DNA of 64,000 bases from an uncultured Acidobacteriota bacterium (GTDB lineage: Bacteria; Acidobacteriota; Vicinamibacteria; Fen-336), in the NCBI GenBank assembly GCA_963740655.1, contig CAVUFF010000009.1, positions 366,814-430,813 on the forward strand, read 5' to 3'. Each line of letters begins with the position of its first letter. Position 1 is the stretch's first letter. The position numbers and the translations under genes are program-made. The notes under the pieces were generated by a model that was given only the letters and a program-made list of their open reading frames with translations, did not search any database and was not told the origin of the DNA. Positions 1-9,872 of this stretch are shown here, one piece after another.

Positions 1-1988
1 GTGAGCGCCCACTTCCCGTCGGGCGAGAGCTCCTCCGCGAGGCCCTCGCCGAGCCGCACCGGCGGGGCGCCCTCCGTGTCGCGCAGGAAGACGCCGCTGC
101 GGCCGCCTTCGCGTTCCGAGTTCTCGCGCAGGAGCGCCAGCCGCCCGTCGGCCGAGAGATCCACGACCGACGTGGACTCGAGCCAGGACAGCTTGCGCTC
201 CGTGCCCCGCGCCGAACGCCCGAAGACGTGCATGCGGACGGCCACACGCGCAACGAGCGCCCGTCCGTCCGCTGCGACGTCGTGGATCTCGAGGGTTCCG
301 GGCGCGCTCCACAGGTCGCGGACGCGGCCGTGGAGGTCGACGGCGTAGAGCCCGGCTGCCGCGCCCGCGTGCGCGGCGCCGAACCAGATCTCGCGGCCGT
401 CCGGGGTCCAGGCCAGGTTCCACCAGTCCGACCAGCCGGGCGACAGCACGGTGCGACGGCCGCCGCGGTCCAGGACCACCAGCGACAGCGTGTCCTTCTC
501 CCGCTCGAACAGCGCGACGCGCTCGCCGTCCGGGGAGACGCGTGGGAAATAGAGCGGCCCCTCCGCCTCGTAGCGGCGCTCGCCGAGCGGGAACTCGAGG
601 CACAGCCGGCCGCCCAGGTCCCGGATCACGGCGAGCGACTTGCCGTCGGGAGCCCAGTCGGCGTTGATGACGTCGTCCGCGAGTTCGCGGGGCGTTCCCC
701 CGCTCGCCGAGACGACCGCGAGTGTCCCGCGCTGGTAGTAGGGAACCGACATCAACTTCGGCAGCAAGAGCGCGAGCTCCCCGTCGCGCGAGACGGACAG
801 CAGGTTGGTGCCGCGCAGGCCGAGGCTGAGCTCGCCCGCGCGCGGACGCGACTGAAAGAGCTCGCGCGGATGCCCGTCCCAGCTCGCGGTATAGAAGACC
901 GTCTGGCCGTCGGGCGCGAAGCGGGCGTTGGCGAAGTGTCCGGGGCGAAACGTCAGCCGCTCGAACGTGACCGCCGTCGCCGCTGGGCGGCTCCAGCGCG
1001 CGCCGAAGACGCCGATAGCCGCGCCGGCCGCGAGCGCGAGCGGGATGGCCCAGAGGAGAACGCGTCGGCTCGGACGGCCGGCGCCCTTCCCGAGCCGCGC
1101 CGCCGGAGGCCCCTCCGGCCGGCCGGCGAGCACGTCCTCGAGCGCGAGGCGCGCGTCGGCGACGTCGTGCAGCCGGTTCCTGGGGTTCCGCTCCAGACAG
1201 CGGCGCAGCAGCTCGTCCACGCGCCACGGAAGCTGGGACGGCAGGGCCGCCCACTCCGGCTCGCGGGTCAGGACCGCGGCGAGGACGTCGCTCACCGTCT
1301 CGCCGTCGAAGAGTCGGCGACCGGTGAGCATCTCGAACAGGAGAACGCCGAAGGCCCACACGTCCGACCTCTTGTCGACCGCCCGCCCGCGCGCCTGCTC
1401 GGGGGACATGTAGGCGGCCGTGCCGAGGATGAGGCCGGCGGCGGTGCCCGTGTGCGCGAGGGTGGGGGACTGCGACAGGTCGGAGGACGCCGCGTCGCGC
1501 CCGTCCCAGGCCTTGGCGAGGCCGAAGTCGAGGACCTTGACCTTGCCCTCGGGCGTGACCTTCACGTTGGCCGGCTTCAAGTCGCGATGGACGACGCCCT
1601 TCTCGTGAGCTTCCTCGAGCGCCTCGGCCACCTGCTTCGCGATCCCGATCGCCTCGTCCACGGGAATCGGTCCGCGCTTCAGCCGCTCGGCGAGGTCCTC
1701 GCCTTCGACGAGCTCCATGGCGAGGACGTGAGCCGTCGTTCCCTCCTCGAGCGTCGCGCTCTCGAAGCCGTAGAGGTGGGCGATCCCGGAGTGGTTGAGC
1801 GAGGCCAGGAGCCTCGCTTCCCGCTCGAAGCGGGCGAGCCGGTCGGGGTCCTGCGCGAAGGCCTCGGGAAGGAGCTTGAGGGCGACGTCGCGCCCGAGCC
1901 TCGTGTCGGTCGCGCGGAACACCTCGCCCATCCCACCGGCGCCGATGGCGGCAGTGATGCGGTAGTGCGCGAGGGTGCGGCCAATCAA
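1..1988 (-). CDS. Hanks-type Ser/Thr protein kinase with TM segment and TolB/PD40-like beta-propeller (C-terminal end runs off the left edge)
   Basis: Absent from the ORF track because it has no stop inside the window. My translation from TTG at 1988 gives LIGRTLAHYRITAAIGAGGMGEVFRATD..VALKLL, VVHRDLKPANVKV, LDFGLAKA and GTAAYMSPEQA. A hydrophobic segment LWAIPLALAAGAAIGVFG follows, then repeated x-PDG propeller motifs (RFAPDGQTVFY, DWAPDGKSLAV, RVSPDGERVALF, LAWTPDGREIWF). Third positions are G/C-rich throughout. Confidence 0.85.
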   Translation of the reverse strand, partial: MIGRTLAHYRITAAIGAGGMGEVFRATDTRLGRDVALKLLPEAFAQDPDRLARFEREARLLASLNHSGIAHLYGFESATLEEGTTAHVLAMELVEGEDLAERLKRGPIPVDEAIGIAKQVAEALEEAHEKGVVHRDLKPANVKVTPEGKVKVLDFGLAKAWDGRDAASSDLSQSPTLAHTGTAAGLILGTAAYMSPEQARGRAVDKRSDVWAFGVLLFEMLTGRRLFDGETVSDVLAAVLTREPEWAALPSQLPWRVDELLRRCLERNPRNRLHDVADARLALEDVLAGRPEGPPAARLGKGAGRPSRRVLLWAIPLALAAGAAIGVFGARWSRPAATAVTFERLTFRPGHFANARFAPDGQTVFYTASWDGHPRELFQSRPRAGELSLGLRGTNLLSVSRDGELALLLPKLMSVPYYQRGTLAVVSASGGTPRELADDVINADWAPDGKSLAVIRDLGGRLCLEFPLGERRYEAEGPLYFPRVSPDGERVALFEREKDTLSLVVLDRGGRRTVLSPGWSDWWNLAWTPDGREIWFGAAHAGAAAGLYAVDLHGRVRDLWSAPGTLEIHDVAADGRALVARVAVRMHVFGRSARGTERKLSWLESTSVVDLSADGRLALLRENSEREGGRSGVFLRDTEGAPPVRLGEGLAEELSPDGKWAL

Positions 1989-2097
1989 GCTGTAGCCTCC
2001 CGGGTGCTCGAGGTGCGGCGGCGGGGAAACCGCTCGAGTGCCGATTCTACAGGCGTCCCCCGAGGACGCGTTCGACGGTTACTATCGGGTCGTCGAG

Positions 2098-2529
2098 ATG
2101 AAGAAGAGGGAAGAGGGCCGGCTGGCCCCGGGCACGCTGTCGTCCGACCGCCGCTTCACGGACCAGATCAGCCCGTACGCGACCCAGGTCGGGCCGGGCA
2201 CGTTCTTCCGCGGCGACTTGAGCAGCACCGACCCGGTCGAGATCCGGGGCACGCTGGACGGCGACTGCCGGACGAGCGCCCGCTGCATCGTCCACGAAGG
2301 CGGCCGCGTGCTCGGGAACATCGAGGCCGCCGCGATCGCCGTAGGGGGCAAGGTCGAAGCCGGCTTGCTCGCGGCCGACAAGGTCGAGCTGCACGTCACG
2401 GCGAGCGTCGTGGCGACGATCCGCGCCCGGGTGATCGTGATCGCCGACGGCGCCTTCTTCAAGGGCGACATCGAAGGCACCGGGTCGACAGGCGGTTCAG
2501 CGCTCCTGAAGGACCGGCGCCGCTCCTGA
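2098..2529 (+). CDS. Bactofilin-family (DUF583/CcmA-like) cytoskeletal protein
   Basis: Track ORF 2038..2529. The beta-helical repeat pattern is typical of bactofilins: VEIRGTLDGDC..IVHEGGRVLGNIEAAAIAVGGKVEAGLLAADKVELHVTASVVATIRARVIVIADGAFFKGDIE. I prefer the ATG at 2098 (MKKREEG); the GTG at 2038 is an alternative start. Confidence 0.7.
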   Translation: MKKREEGRLAPGTLSSDRRFTDQISPYATQVGPGTFFRGDLSSTDPVEIRGTLDGDCRTSARCIVHEGGRVLGNIEAAAIAVGGKVEAGLLAADKVELHVTASVVATIRARVIVIADGAFFKGDIEGTGSTGGSALLKDRRRS

Positions 2530-5500
2530 GCGCAGCCGCAGCGCCGGGTCGGCGAGCAGCTGGTAGCTCTGGAGCAGCTCGGGCCGCGCGCCGGACTCGA
2601 GGTAGGCGGCCTGCGCGGCGAGGATCGCGTCGCCGAGCCGGGCGTGGCGCCCGGACGTGAGCTCGCGCAGCAGCACCTCGTTGTAGACCGCGGCGGCCCA
2701 GTGGACGCTCAGGCTGCTGGGCGCGAGCACGCCGATCGCGCCCCGGCCCTCGGCCTTGACGAGCGCCTCGCCCAGCGCGTTCACGCTCGGGTGGATGAAG
2801 TAGCCGTTCAGGCAGTCCATCGCCAGCACGAACGGCTGCTCGCCCTGCGGCGCGAGGTTCGGGACGTCCCAGTCGTTCCAGACGTTCTCCGACGCCCAGA
2901 TCGCGATCCCGCCGTGGCCCATGTAGCTCATGAGGCCGGCGCCCGCGTCGAACGCCGCCGCGATCGCGGGCCGCATCCCCGATCCGAGCTGGCTCAGGTA
3001 CACGCGTTCCAGCGGCCGGTCCGCGAAGAGTGTGCTCGCGACGTGCTCGCTGTCTCTCTCGAAGTCGCCCGCGGCGTCCGCGTTGTCCGAGACCAGCACG
3101 GCGCGGCCCGAGAGGTCGAAGCCCGCGGTCTCCCAGTCGACGACTTTCTGCACGAGCGTCTGCGCCTCGGCGAGCGTCTGCGCCGGCAGGCGCCCGATCG
3201 CGAAGTCCGGCAGCGTGTCGTCGCCGTTCACCGCGGCGTACGCCGGGTCGGACGCGGTCCGCAGGTACATGTCCTGGACCATGTAGGGCGGGATCCGGTT
3301 GACGTTGCCGGTGTGGAGCGCACCCTTCCAGTCGTACGTCGCGTCACCGAGCAGCAGCACGTAGCGCGGCCCACGCTCCCAGCTCTGGAAGGCGTGCTCG
3401 AGGAAGGCCTTGACGGCCTCGGGGTGCGCCTCGCCGAAGCCGAACTCGTCGTAGACGTCCTCGACCGCCACGGCCATCGTCTCGAGCCCCTGGCGCTGAC
3501 GCAGCTCGAGGAGCGGCTGGGCCGCGGCCAGGAACTCGCGCGGCCCGAGCACGACGTAGTCGGCGCGCAGGCGCGTCCCGCTGAGCACGGCCGGCCGGGC
3601 GACCCGGACCTCCGGGTGCAGCAGCGCGCCGGGCGACGCCGCGAGCAGGCGCCGGCCTGCTTCGACCCGCACGCTCGCGCCGAGCGCCGTCGGGCGCGCG
3701 TCCTGGAGCCAGCGTGCCGCCGCGTCGGTCGTGTCGACGAAGGCGGAGCCCAGAGGCAGGCCGCGGATCTCGGCCGCGCCGCTCAGGGCGAACGAGCCCT
3801 CGAACGAGCCGGCCTCGGCCGCGGCCAGCCGCGCGACGCGCAGCTCGAAGGAGTCGAGGAAGACCTGCGAGTACGCGGCACCGGTGTCGCCGACGCTGTC
3901 GATCTCGACCTGGTTCGTCCCGTCGATCAGCACGCCGGGCGGAACGTCGGCCTCGATCTGCTGCGGCTTCATGCCGTCCCAGCTCGCCTCGCCGACCACG
4001 TGGCCGTTGATCCCCACGCGGACGTGGTGGTCCGGGTTCGCCGAGAGGTCGGTGCCGCCCTGCAGCCGCACCACGAGCCGGCCCGTCTGACCCGCGGCCG
4101 TGCCCGCGAGCTCGACCGGGTAGCTCTTCTTCTGCGGCGCGAGCAGGAAATCCCAGAACCAGGAGCTCGGCGCCTCGAGCAGAGCCGGCTGGTAGACGAC
4201 GTCCTGCTCGAAGCGCAGCTCGGAGAACGCGAACGGCACCGCCCCGCCACGCGGCGCGGCGCTGTCGACCGCCATCGGCTGGCCCCCGCCGCCGAGCGAG
4301 AGCTCGTACACGAGCTCGTTTCCGTGGGGGTTCACGACCGGGTCGTCGCTCACGAACAGCAGCAGCGAGCCCGGGCCGAAGCGGCGCCCGTCGGGCTCGA
4401 CGTGGTGCGCGACCGTCTGGCCCTGGCGGCTCAGCCGGATGTCCGCGGCCGCCACGGCACGGCCGTGCGCCCCGAACAGCTCCTCGAAGCTCACGACGTT
4501 GAGCCCGTGCGCGCGCGCCACGAGTCGCGCCAGGACGCCGCTCGTGCGCCGTCCGGCGCCGCGGCGAGCGCCGAAGCCGCGCGAGCCCCCGCGCGAGCGC
4601 TCCCCGGACTCCGCGCCCTCGAACACCACCACGACCCGCAGCCGGCGCGCGAGCACCAGCCCGCCGCGGCTGCGGTCGAAGCGCAGCGGCAGGAGCGCGA
4701 GCTCGGCCTTCTTCACGTCGCCCTGGAACGCGACCGCGCGCAGCTCGGCGGCGTCGCGCGGATAGAGCCCGTCGCCGCGGAACGACGCGCCCGCCAGGCG
4801 CCGCCGCATCCCCGCGCGCACGATCCCGTTGGCCGACACGCTCGGCCCGGCCTCGCCCGTCACCGCGGGCCGCAAAGAGTCCCAGCGCACCTCGTCCCGA
4901 CCGACGATCGAGACGAGCTTGACCTTGCGGCCGGCCACGGCCTCGAGCCACGCGAGCTTGACGGGCAGGCCGGGAGCCCCCGGCGTCTGGCTTTCCTCGA
5001 AGCCGGGGATCGACAGCCGCACGCCGCCGTCGCCGTCGGGCAGCGCGTAGAAGCCTCCCGTGCGCAGCTCGACGACGACGTGGGCGGCGTCGCGCTCGGT
5101 GACGGAGAGCGCGGTCGCCTCGGGGTCGCCGTAGCGCTGCCAAACCGAGGTGGGCGAGCCGGTCGACCCGCCGCCCGCGCCTCCCGCTCCCGGAGCGGGA
5201 TCGGAAGGCGGCAGCGTCGCCACGGCCGGCCGCGGCGTCGCCGAGACGGGCCCGTGGCTGCGGGTCTTGCCCCGCGTGTCGACGTCCTCGAGCAGGTAGA
5301 AGTACGTCGTGCCGTTGGCGAGCCCCGTGTCCGTGTAGCTGTAGCGCGCGCCTTCGGGCGAGGAGCCGAGGCCGGGGATGAGCGAGCTCGTGATCCGCTG
5401 CCAGGGACCGTTCTTCGCCGGGGCGCGGTAGAGGTTGAAGCCCAGGTTGTCGAGCTCGGCGCCGGTCTCCCAGTCGAGCGTCACGCTGCCGTCGCCGCCC

Positions 5501-6702
5501 TCGGCCGTGAAGGACAGGAGCGACACGGCGGTCGTGGCCGTCGGCGCCCACTGCACGACGAACCAGCCGACGTCGCAGACGTCCGCGCTGTTCGCGCGGT
5601 CGAACGTGATCGATGTCGGCTTGAGTGCCATGGTCACGGAGCAGACGCCGGCGACGTCGTCCACGGCGTAGGGGCTGCGGCCGATGCTCTGGCCGTTGAA
5701 CGGCTGCGACGATGCGAAGGCCACGGCGCCGTTCAGGTTGATCGTCCGCCCCCCGATCGCCGACGCGACCTGGCTGGTCCCGGCCGGAAAGGTCTTGCTG
5801 CCACTGATGACCTCCGAGCCGTCCTTGAGCTCGACGGCCTGCCAGGTGATCTCGGTGATGTCGTCGGCGTCGCCGGCGATCGCGCGGTCGATGTGGATGT
5901 TCGTGGAGGAGGTGAGCTGCGCGCGCAGCAGGCGGGCGCCGATGTCCGCGCCGATGCCAGCCGTGCGGTAGCCCACCAGGACGAACGTGGAGCCGACGTT
6001 CACCGCAGTGATCGGCACGTCGACCGACAACGCTCCCCCCACGAGCGCCGTCGTGCCCTGCTGAACCGTGGCATCCGGCACGTTCGTGAACTCGACCACC
6101 TGCCAGGAGATCGTATGGCCCGTAGCCGCGGTGTTCACGCGGAACTGGAGGTTCGCGGTGCTGGTGAGCTCCCCGACCACCGGGTCGTCGTCGCTGATGT
6201 TGTTCACGTCGCCGGCCAGGGGCGTCTTCGACCAGGTCACGAAGGCGTGGTCGACCGCGGCGACCGGATTGAAGGCCGGCGCGCCGACGTCGACGGTGGT
6301 GGCGTTCTGGTCGACCTCGCCGCGCTGCACGCTCACTCCCGAGGCGAAGGTCGCGACGTACCAGCGGATGGTGATCGGCGAAGGCGTGACCTCGTCCGTC
6401 ACGCGGGTGAACGTGAGCGTCGTCGCGTCCGTGATCGTGCCGCGCACCGAGGAGCCGACGGGCCGATCGCTGTCGTGGCTGGTCTCGAAGAAGAGGATCG
6501 ACTTGGTCGGGTCGATCGAGCCGATCGTGACGGGGAGCGGGCCGTTGGTCGTGCTCACCGCCGTGCCGGTCTGTACGCCCGAGATGACCGCGGCGTGCGC
6601 GGGCGCGGCGAGCGCGACGCACCCGAAGACGAGCGTTGCGGCCAGGCGAAGCGCGCTCACGCGCGCCCGACCCTCCCTGTTGTTGCCCCCGTCACGGATC
6701 AT
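2497..6702 (-). CDS. Secreted C25 (gingipain-like) cysteine peptidase, 1401 aa, with N-terminal repeat modules and an FN3-like insert
   Basis: Track ORF 2497..6966. The internal ATG at 6702 is preceded by GGAGGAGG. Signal peptide is VSALRLAATLVFGCVALAAPAHA. C-terminal C25 hallmarks are YVLLLGDATYDWKG, IGRLPAQTLAEAQTLV, the MSYMGHGG His motif and the FVLAMDCLNGYF Cys motif. Confidence 0.8.
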   Translation of the reverse strand: MIRDGGNNREGRARVSALRLAATLVFGCVALAAPAHAAVISGVQTGTAVSTTNGPLPVTIGSIDPTKSILFFETSHDSDRPVGSSVRGTITDATTLTFTRVTDEVTPSPITIRWYVATFASGVSVQRGEVDQNATTVDVGAPAFNPVAAVDHAFVTWSKTPLAGDVNNISDDDPVVGELTSTANLQFRVNTAATGHTISWQVVEFTNVPDATVQQGTTALVGGALSVDVPITAVNVGSTFVLVGYRTAGIGADIGARLLRAQLTSSTNIHIDRAIAGDADDITEITWQAVELKDGSEVISGSKTFPAGTSQVASAIGGRTINLNGAVAFASSQPFNGQSIGRSPYAVDDVAGVCSVTMALKPTSITFDRANSADVCDVGWFVVQWAPTATTAVSLLSFTAEGGDGSVTLDWETGAELDNLGFNLYRAPAKNGPWQRITSSLIPGLGSSPEGARYSYTDTGLANGTTYFYLLEDVDTRGKTRSHGPVSATPRPAVATLPPSDPAPGAGGAGGGSTGSPTSVWQRYGDPEATALSVTERDAAHVVVELRTGGFYALPDGDGGVRLSIPGFEESQTPGAPGLPVKLAWLEAVAGRKVKLVSIVGRDEVRWDSLRPAVTGEAGPSVSANGIVRAGMRRRLAGASFRGDGLYPRDAAELRAVAFQGDVKKAELALLPLRFDRSRGGLVLARRLRVVVVFEGAESGERSRGGSRGFGARRGAGRRTSGVLARLVARAHGLNVVSFEELFGAHGRAVAAADIRLSRQGQTVAHHVEPDGRRFGPGSLLLFVSDDPVVNPHGNELVYELSLGGGGQPMAVDSAAPRGGAVPFAFSELRFEQDVVYQPALLEAPSSWFWDFLLAPQKKSYPVELAGTAAGQTGRLVVRLQGGTDLSANPDHHVRVGINGHVVGEASWDGMKPQQIEADVPPGVLIDGTNQVEIDSVGDTGAAYSQVFLDSFELRVARLAAAEAGSFEGSFALSGAAEIRGLPLGSAFVDTTDAAARWLQDARPTALGASVRVEAGRRLLAASPGALLHPEVRVARPAVLSGTRLRADYVVLGPREFLAAAQPLLELRQRQGLETMAVAVEDVYDEFGFGEAHPEAVKAFLEHAFQSWERGPRYVLLLGDATYDWKGALHTGNVNRIPPYMVQDMYLRTASDPAYAAVNGDDTLPDFAIGRLPAQTLAEAQTLVQKVVDWETAGFDLSGRAVLVSDNADAAGDFERDSEHVASTLFADRPLERVYLSQLGSGMRPAIAAAFDAGAGLMSYMGHGGIAIWASENVWNDWDVPNLAPQGEQPFVLAMDCLNGYFIHPSVNALGEALVKAEGRGAIGVLAPSSLSVHWAAAVYNEVLLRELTSGRHARLGDAILAAQAAYLESGARPELLQSYQLLADPALRLRSGAAPVLQER

Positions 6703-6947
6703 TCGACGCGCCTCCTCCAACGAACCGCTGGTCGAGCAAGCCCCGTGCCTGTCGCCAGCGCGCGGTAAGTCCTGCTCGCCCAACGCCGTGCCCGAGAGCC
6801 TAAGCCCTTTTCCGAGGCGCGGACGGCCAAGTATCGGCCAACGCGCGGGAATCCGGACACGAAAAGTGGCAAGTGAGGGCCCCGACGTCCGGGGCGAAAT
6901 GGGCGCTTCGGGCAGGTGTGACAGAATCCCGCCCCGAAAGAGGCCCG

Positions 6948-8213
6948 ATGCAACCGAGCCGCGCACGCTACCTCGTCGTCGTCTTCGCGGTCAGCCTGGC
7001 CGTCATCCAGTACATCGACCGCGTCTGCATCTCGCAGGCGGCGCCTCTCATCACGGCCGAGTTCCACTTCGGGCCGGTGCAGATGGGCTACGTCTTCGCC
7101 GCGTTCACCTGGGCCTACTCGCTCTTCGAGATCCCGGGAGGCTGGCTGGGCGACAAGCTCGGACCCCGCAAGGTGCTGACGCGCGTCGTCCTGTGGTGGT
7201 CGTTCTTCACCGCGGCTACGGGTTGGACGTGGAGCTTCCTCTCGCTCCTCGTGACGCGGGCGCTCTTCGGCGCGGGCGAGGCCGGCTGCTTCCCGAACCT
7301 CACCAAGGCGTTCACCACCTGGCTGCCGCCCGACGAGCGCGTGAAGGCCCAGAGCATCTTGTGGCTGTCGGCGCGCTGGGGCGGCGCCTTCACGCCGCTC
7401 ATCGTCGTGTTCGTGCTGCAGTTCGTGGGCTGGCGCCGCGCCTTCGAGATCTTCGGCGTGCTGGGCGTCGTCTGGGCGGTCGCCTTCTGGCTCTGGTTCC
7501 GCGACGACCCGCGCGAGCACCCGCAGGTGAACGCCGCCGAGCGGGCGCTGCTCACCGGCGCCGACAACCTCGCCTCCGCGCACACGAACGTGCCGTGGGG
7601 GCGCTTCATCGCGTCGGGCACGACCTGGCTGCTCTGGGCGCAGTACTTCTGCCTCTCGTACGGCTGGTACTTCTACCCGACCTGGCTCCCAACGTACCTG
7701 CAGGAAGCGCGCGGGCAGGTGATGGCCAGGGGCGCCGTCCTCGCCGGGCTGCCGCTCTTCTTCGGGGGCATCGGCTGCTTCGTCTCGGGCTTCCTGTCCG
7801 CGCGGCTCGCGCCCCGCATCGGCGTGCGCGCGGCGCGCAAGCTGATCGCCGCTTTCGGAATGACCGGCGCGTGCCTGATGCTGCTGCTGTCGGTGAAGCT
7901 CGCGGACCCGACCTGGGCGATGGTCGCGATGGGCCTCGCGAGCTTCTGCAACGACCTCGTGATGCCGTCGGCGTGGGGCGCCTGCATGGACGTCGGCGGC
8001 CGCTTCGCCGGCACCTACTCCGGCAGCATGAACATGATGGGCAACTTCGGCGGCGTCGCGGGGCCGATCGTGGTCGGCTACATCCTGGAGGCGACCGCCC
8101 ACAACTGGGCCCTCACCTTCTACGTCTCGGCGGCCGTCTACCTGCTCGGCGCCGTCCTGTGGCTGTTCATCGATCCCGTCACGCCGCTCGACACGGCGCC
8201 CGTCGAAGCCTGA
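6948..8213 (+). CDS. MFS transporter (anion:cation symporter / sugar-acid transporter-like)
   Basis: Track ORF 6873..8213, with an internal ATG at 6948 after AAGAGG. About 12 hydrophobic segments. N-terminus is MQPSRARYLVVVFAVSLAVIQYIDRVCISQAAP..GYVFAAFTWAYSLFEIPGGWLGDKLGPRKV, typical of the ACS-type MFS family. Confidence 0.85.
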   Translation: MQPSRARYLVVVFAVSLAVIQYIDRVCISQAAPLITAEFHFGPVQMGYVFAAFTWAYSLFEIPGGWLGDKLGPRKVLTRVVLWWSFFTAATGWTWSFLSLLVTRALFGAGEAGCFPNLTKAFTTWLPPDERVKAQSILWLSARWGGAFTPLIVVFVLQFVGWRRAFEIFGVLGVVWAVAFWLWFRDDPREHPQVNAAERALLTGADNLASAHTNVPWGRFIASGTTWLLWAQYFCLSYGWYFYPTWLPTYLQEARGQVMARGAVLAGLPLFFGGIGCFVSGFLSARLAPRIGVRAARKLIAAFGMTGACLMLLLSVKLADPTWAMVAMGLASFCNDLVMPSAWGACMDVGGRFAGTYSGSMNMMGNFGGVAGPIVVGYILEATAHNWALTFYVSAAVYLLGAVLWLFIDPVTPLDTAPVEA

Positions 8214-8259
8214 GCGGCGCGGGTCGGCCGGTCGTGCGCACGGGTCGGCCGGCCCGCGG

Positions 8260-9333
8260 CTAGCGCGCGGCCGCGCGCATCCCGGCGAGCACGGCCTCGG
8301 TCACGTCCGTCGTGCTCGCGCTGCCGCCGAGGTCCGGCGTCCGCACGCGCCCTGCGGCGAGGACCGCCCGCAGCGCCCCGTCCACGAGCTGCGCCGCCTG
8401 CGCCTCGCCCAGGAACTCGAGCATCATCGCGCCACTCGCGATCTGCGCGATGGGGTTGGCGACCCCGCGGCCCGCGATGTCCGGCGCCGAGCCGTGCACG
8501 GGCTCGAACATCGAGGGGTACGCGCGCTCGGGGTTGAGGTTGCCGCTCGGGGCGAGGCCCAGGCCGCCGCAGAGGGCGGCGCCGAGGTCCGTGAGGATGT
8601 CGCCGAAGAGATTGCTCGCCACCACGACGTCGAGCGACTGCGGCGCCAGCACGAAGCGCGCCGCGAGCGCATCGACCAGCACGCGCTCGAGCGCCACGTC
8701 GGGGAAGTCGCGAGAGGCGGCCTCGACCACCTCGTCCCACAGCGTCATCCCGTGCTGCTGCGCGTTCGACTTGGTGGCGCTCACCAGGCGCCGCCGCCGC
8801 CGGCGCGCGAGCCCGAAGGCGTAGCGCGCGACGCGCTCGATGCCCCGGCGCGTGAAGACCGCGGTCTCGACGGCCACCTCCTCCGGCAGCCCGCGGTGCG
8901 AGCGGCCGCCGGCGCCCGCGTACTCGCCCTCGGTGTTCTCGCGCACGACCACGAAGTCGACGTCTTCGGGCCCGCGCCCCGCGAGCGGGCCCGTCACCCC
9001 AGGCAAGAGCTGCGAGGGCCGGTAGCAGACGTACTGCTCGAAGCCCTGGCAGATCGGCAGCCGCAGCCCGCGCAGCGACACGTCGTCCGGCACGCCGGGG
9101 AAGCCGACCGCCCCGAAGAGGATGGCGTCGAACGCCCGCAAAGCCTCGAGGCCGCCCGCCGCCATCATGGTTCCGTGGCGCAGGTAGTACTCGCAGCCCC
9201 AGGGGAAGCGCTCGTAGCGCAGCGCGAACGACCCGGTGATCGTGCTCGCCGCGTCGAGCACGCGGACGGCCTCGGGCATCACCTCGTTGCCGATGCCGTC
9301 GCCGGGGATGACGGCGATGGGGTAGCTGCGCAT
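8260..9333 (-). CDS. Tartrate dehydrogenase/decarboxylase-like enzyme (isocitrate/isopropylmalate dehydrogenase family)
   Basis: MRSYPIAVIPGDGIGNEVMPEAVRVLDAA, VVVRENTEGEYAG and NLFGDILTDLGAALCGGLGLAPSGNLNPE. Full length for the beta-decarboxylating dehydrogenase family. Confidence 0.9.
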   Translation of the reverse strand: MRSYPIAVIPGDGIGNEVMPEAVRVLDAASTITGSFALRYERFPWGCEYYLRHGTMMAAGGLEALRAFDAILFGAVGFPGVPDDVSLRGLRLPICQGFEQYVCYRPSQLLPGVTGPLAGRGPEDVDFVVVRENTEGEYAGAGGRSHRGLPEEVAVETAVFTRRGIERVARYAFGLARRRRRRLVSATKSNAQQHGMTLWDEVVEAASRDFPDVALERVLVDALAARFVLAPQSLDVVVASNLFGDILTDLGAALCGGLGLAPSGNLNPERAYPSMFEPVHGSAPDIAGRGVANPIAQIASGAMMLEFLGEAQAAQLVDGALRAVLAAGRVRTPDLGGSASTTDVTEAVLAGMRAAAR

Positions 9334-9351
9334 CTTCGGCGCCGCGGACGG

Positions 9352-9849
9352 CTACGGGTTGGCGAGCGTGTAGTCCCCCGTGCAGTCGAACTCGAGGCTG
9401 CGGTCCGAGCCGCCCTTGCCGGTGCACGTGCCCTCGCCTTTGATGCCCTTGAGCCGCGCGCTGCCGCCTGTGATCACCCAGTGGTTCTGCCACGACTGCA
9501 CGACACCGTCCTTGTCGACCACCGAGCTGGCCTCGTACTTGTAGTAGACCTTCTCGCCGTTGGCGAGCGTCTCGACGTAGGTGCCGATCGCGTGGCCCTT
9601 GCCGCCGACCACTTCGCCGTGCTCGGCGAAGGCGCCTTCCTTGCTCGACGAGCCTGCGAACTCGGCCGGCTTGGTGGGCGTGCACTTGCCGGTGCTGAGC
9701 GTGAACACGTGGTCCGCGGTGTCGCCGGCCGGCGCCGACTGCATCTCCGGCCTGGCGCACTTGCCCGACATCGTGAGCTTCGTCTGCGCCGACGCGGTCG
9801 CTGCCGCGCCGGCCAGGAGCAGGAGACTCGTCGTCACTGCGTGTCGCAT
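9352..9849 (-). CDS. Small secreted 4-Cys protein (hypothetical)
   Basis: Terminal part of track ORF 9352..11412. ATG at 9849 follows GAGGAG. Signal peptide MRHAVTTSLLLLAGAAATASA. Four Cys, with C-terminal motif GTCTGKGGSDRSLEFDCTG. Confidence 0.6.
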   Translation of the reverse strand: MRHAVTTSLLLLAGAAATASAQTKLTMSGKCARPEMQSAPAGDTADHVFTLSTGKCTPTKPAEFAGSSSKEGAFAEHGEVVGGKGHAIGTYVETLANGEKVYYKYEASSVVDKDGVVQSWQNHWVITGGSARLKGIKGEGTCTGKGGSDRSLEFDCTGDYTLANP

Positions 9850-9872
9850 GGTCGATACTCCTCGGCCAGGGC

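Noticed and set aside
228-2660. An 810-aa plus-strand ORF, and the small minus ORF 1679..1984, overlapping the left end
   Set aside because: Arg/Ala/Pro/Gly-rich low-complexity translation typical of antisense or off-frame reading of GC-rich genes. The minus-strand frame starting at 1988 gives a complete kinase motif set and explains the region.
2644-6768. Very long ORFs (1374 aa plus strand; 1092 aa at 3344..6622) overlapping the C25 peptidase gene
   Set aside because: These are shadow frames of the 2497..6702 gene, with no motifs and extreme R/A/G/P composition. The same reasoning rejects 8138..9760, 11204..13666, 13720..15318, 13926..17168, 17231..19096, 17848..19314, 19234..20436, 22352..25180, 26215..27552, 30136..32013, 31616..33271, 38760..40817, 41584..42636, 55248..56702 and similar ORFs.
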